This document shows, piece by piece, positions 61,914 through 64,000 of a stretch of 64,000 bases of DNA; the first letter of the stretch is position 1, and each line of letters opens with the position of its first letter. Origin of the DNA: an uncultured Acidobacteriota bacterium. Lineage in GTDB: Bacteria > Actinomycetota > Acidimicrobiia > Spongiisociales > ZC4RG35. Location: the NCBI GenBank assembly GCA_963828465.1, contig CAWHEU010000020.1, forward strand, positions 96,001-160,000, in the 5' to 3' direction. Position numbers and translations under genes: made by a program. The notes under the pieces were generated by a model. The model was not told the origin of the DNA, searched no databases, and saw only the letters and a list, made by a program, of their open reading frames with translations.

Positions 61914-62174
61914 TTGTCCACAGATCCATCCACATCTGTGGAAAGGACTGTGGAACATCCACCGGGAACATCCATCAGCTCGTCACCGAGAGCGGTCTAG
62001 TCCTCCGCGGACGACTGGGGAAGTCGATCGCGCTCCCAAGGCCAAGGCAGGCGAGTATCGACCCTCGATCGCGACTCCGTCAAGAACGCGAGAATTGACG
62101 GTGTGGAAGAGTGGTGTCGGTTCTATCCACAGGGAAATCCCAGGTCGGCTCTGGTTTTTCCAGTCTCTTCCACA
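61914..62174. promoter_or_regulatory. DnaA-box array upstream of dnaA
   Basis: ttgtccaca 61914, ccatccaca 61926, tgtggaaag 61937, tgtggaaca 61949, tgtggaaga 62102, ctatccaca 62123, tcttccaca 62166. Confidence 0.85.
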
Positions 62175-62373
62175 CGTTCCTCTGCCCAAAACCGGGCCAA
62201 TCGGCTGTGGCATTCTTTTCGCGAGTTATTTGGTTTCTTCGCGCTCCGGCCCATCTGGCGCCGCGAGGTGGTCGAGGGCTCGGTCCAGTCAGCAATCGAA
62301 TCGGACTTTGACATAGTTCGGCGAGGATTCGTAACCTATCGTGACTCACACTTCTACCCCCCCTTGTTTTGTC

Positions 62374-62508
62374 ATGAAGAGGACTTACCAACCCAAGGTT
62401 CGAAGGCGAAAGCGCCGTCACGGCTTCCGTCATCGCATGCAGACCCGAGCTGGGCGCGGGATCGTCAAGTCGCGCCGGCTCAAAGGTCGGAAGCGTCTCG
62501 CTGCCTGA
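62374..62508 (+). CDS. rpmH: 50S ribosomal protein L34
   Basis: [44 protein letters not shown]. Confidence 0.97.
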   Translation: MKRTYQPKVRRRKRRHGFRHRMQTRAGRGIVKSRRLKGRKRLAA

Positions 62509-62824
62509 CTTCGAATCCCTTCGCTCCCCTAGAGACTTTCGACGGGTGCTGAAGGAGGGGACAAGACGCCGCTCGGGGGGCGTCGTGATGGTGAAATGCT
62601 CCGGTCAGCCGGGAGTGTCACGTGTCGGGCTCGTTGTCTCGAGGAGCGCCGGCAATGCGGTCACCCGGAATCGGATCAAGCGCCGTCTTCGACACTCGCT
62701 GCGTGGGGTGGATTTGAAACCAGGATCGGATTACGTGTTCATCGGTAGCAGCCAGGTAGCAGATGCCCCGCATCCCCAGCTGATGGGGTGGCTGGAACGC
62801 GCCCTCGAGACGCCTGATGTCTGA
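62501..62824 (+). CDS. rnpA: RNase P protein component; start uncertain
   Basis: [33 protein letters not shown]. Confidence 0.9.
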   Translation: MPDFESLRSPRDFRRVLKEGTRRRSGGVVMVKCSGQPGVSRVGLVVSRSAGNAVTRNRIKRRLRHSLRGVDLKPGSDYVFIGSSQVADAPHPQLMGWLERALETPDV

Positions 62825-63065
62825 CTCGATCTTCCGTCCTCGCATGATTGCCGTGGGCTTCATCGGGATTTACCAGAAATTGGTAAGTCCCAACATCGGA
62901 GCCAACTGCCGCTACCAGCCGACCTGCTCGCATTACACGGCCGAGGCGATCGAGCGGTTCGGAGTGATCCGGGGGTCCTGGCTCGGGATGAAGCGAATCG
63001 GCAGGTGTCATCCCCTCCGCCCTGGTGGCTATGACCCGGTGCCTGAGACCTGGAGAGCTCACTGA
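62817..63065 (+). CDS. yidD: Membrane protein insertion efficiency factor
   Basis: [21 protein letters not shown]. Confidence 0.95.
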   Translation: MSDSIFRPRMIAVGFIGIYQKLVSPNIGANCRYQPTCSHYTAEAIERFGVIRGSWLGMKRIGRCHPLRPGGYDPVPETWRAH

Positions 63066-63937
63066 TGGGTGAGATCTTCAACACACTGATCAGAGGCCTC
63101 GGGTCGATCCTGGGCTTCTTCTACGACCTTCTCGATGGCGTGTTCGACGAGGGCGTGGCCCTGGGAGTGGCCATCATCCTGCTCACCATCGTGGTCAACA
63201 TCCTGGTGTTCCCCCTCACTCTGAAACAGACCCGGGCCACCCGGGCTTTTACCGCGATCCAGCCCGAGATCAAGCGGATTCAGAAGGAGTACAAGGACGA
63301 CCCGCAGGAGATGCAGAAGAAGCTGATGGAGCTGCAGAAGTCGGCCGGGGCCACTCCCGGCGGGTGTCTGCTCCCCCTCCTGGTTCAGATGCCGATCTGG
63401 TTCGCATTGTTCCGCCTTCTTCAGGCACCTGAGCAATACATCGCGCCGGAAAGCGCCCTGGGGCTGGCATTGGCCGACGATGTCCCCAAGACATTTCTCG
63501 GCATGGACCTCTTCACCAGCCCGTCCCAGGCGATGGCACTCGGGCTGAGCGCAGCCCTCCCCTATCTGATCATGATCGTGCTCATGGTGGCCACGCAATA
63601 CGTCCAGCAATGGCATGCCACCTATGGACAGGAACGCCCCGCTGGTCAGCCAGGGGCCGGCGCTCAGCAGGCGATCACCAAGATCATGCCGCTCTTCATC
63701 GGTTTCATCTCCTGGAACTTCCCTGCAGGCCTCATCATCTATTGGGCGACGGGCAACCTGTTCCGACTTGGCCAGCAGGCCCTTATCTTCAAGATGGATG
63801 GACGCCCGACGCCGGCGGCCACGACGACCGAGGAGCCCAAGAAGGAACCGAAGGCAATCCCGGCGTCCGAAGAGGCCGAGGCGAAGAAACCCCAACAGGG
63901 CGCCGCAGACAAGCGCCGACGGCGCAGGAGGAGGTGA
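63065..63937 (+). CDS. yidC: Membrane protein insertase
   Basis: GCLLPLLVQMPIW, PAGLIIYW. Confidence 0.95.
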   Translation: MGEIFNTLIRGLGSILGFFYDLLDGVFDEGVALGVAIILLTIVVNILVFPLTLKQTRATRAFTAIQPEIKRIQKEYKDDPQEMQKKLMELQKSAGATPGGCLLPLLVQMPIWFALFRLLQAPEQYIAPESALGLALADDVPKTFLGMDLFTSPSQAMALGLSAALPYLIMIVLMVATQYVQQWHATYGQERPAGQPGAGAQQAITKIMPLFIGFISWNFPAGLIIYWATGNLFRLGQQALIFKMDGRPTPAATTTEEPKKEPKAIPASEEAEAKKPQQGAADKRRRRRRR

Positions 63938-63938
63938 C

Positions 63939-64000
63939 GTGAGTTACGTCGAGATCGAGGTCCGGGCCAGAACCGTCGACCTGGCAGTAGAGGCGGCGAT
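63939..64000 (+). CDS. jag: Jag/EloR (KhpB) N-terminus, partial
   Basis: MSYVEIEVRARTVDLAVEAA follows yidC. Confidence 0.8.
   Translation, partial: MSYVEIEVRARTVDLAVEAA

Overview
High-GC actinobacterial chromosome segment spanning the replication origin. It is most like class Acidimicrobiia, inferred from gene order, SLH domains with a CNPP..FCP signature and a long-form SRP RNA. Right end: jag(partial)-yidC-yidD-rnpA-rpmH, then dnaA-oriC-dnaN-recF-dciA-gyrB-gyrA-DUF3566. Middle: tRNA-Ile, tRNA-Ala, a thiolase, crgA, fhaA-fhaB-pstP-rodA-pbpA-pknB, tRNA-Leu, serS, menG, a ~270-nt Alu-containing SRP RNA, tadA and all four tRNA-Ser genes. The left half is accessory: a two-component system, a GH51 arabinofuranosidase, an HD-GYP/LuxR regulator, PadR plus modABC, tRNA-Arg(ACG), a Wzx/Wzy polysaccharide locus with asnB, and amine-catabolic enzymes. 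Many single-base frameshifts, including one in gyrA, suggest long-read indel errors. Best novelty candidates: (1) a highly structured, possibly pseudoknotted ~170-nt RNA leader ahead of a gene with a basic N-terminal helix (24655-25486); (2) an orphan three-hairpin sRNA candidate (2250-2365); (3) a Cys/His-rich tandem-domain protein and a catalytically degenerate Wzc in the polysaccharide locus; (4) PadR-controlled molybdate uptake; (5) a mosaic tRNA-Ser. All calls are by eye; no searches were run.
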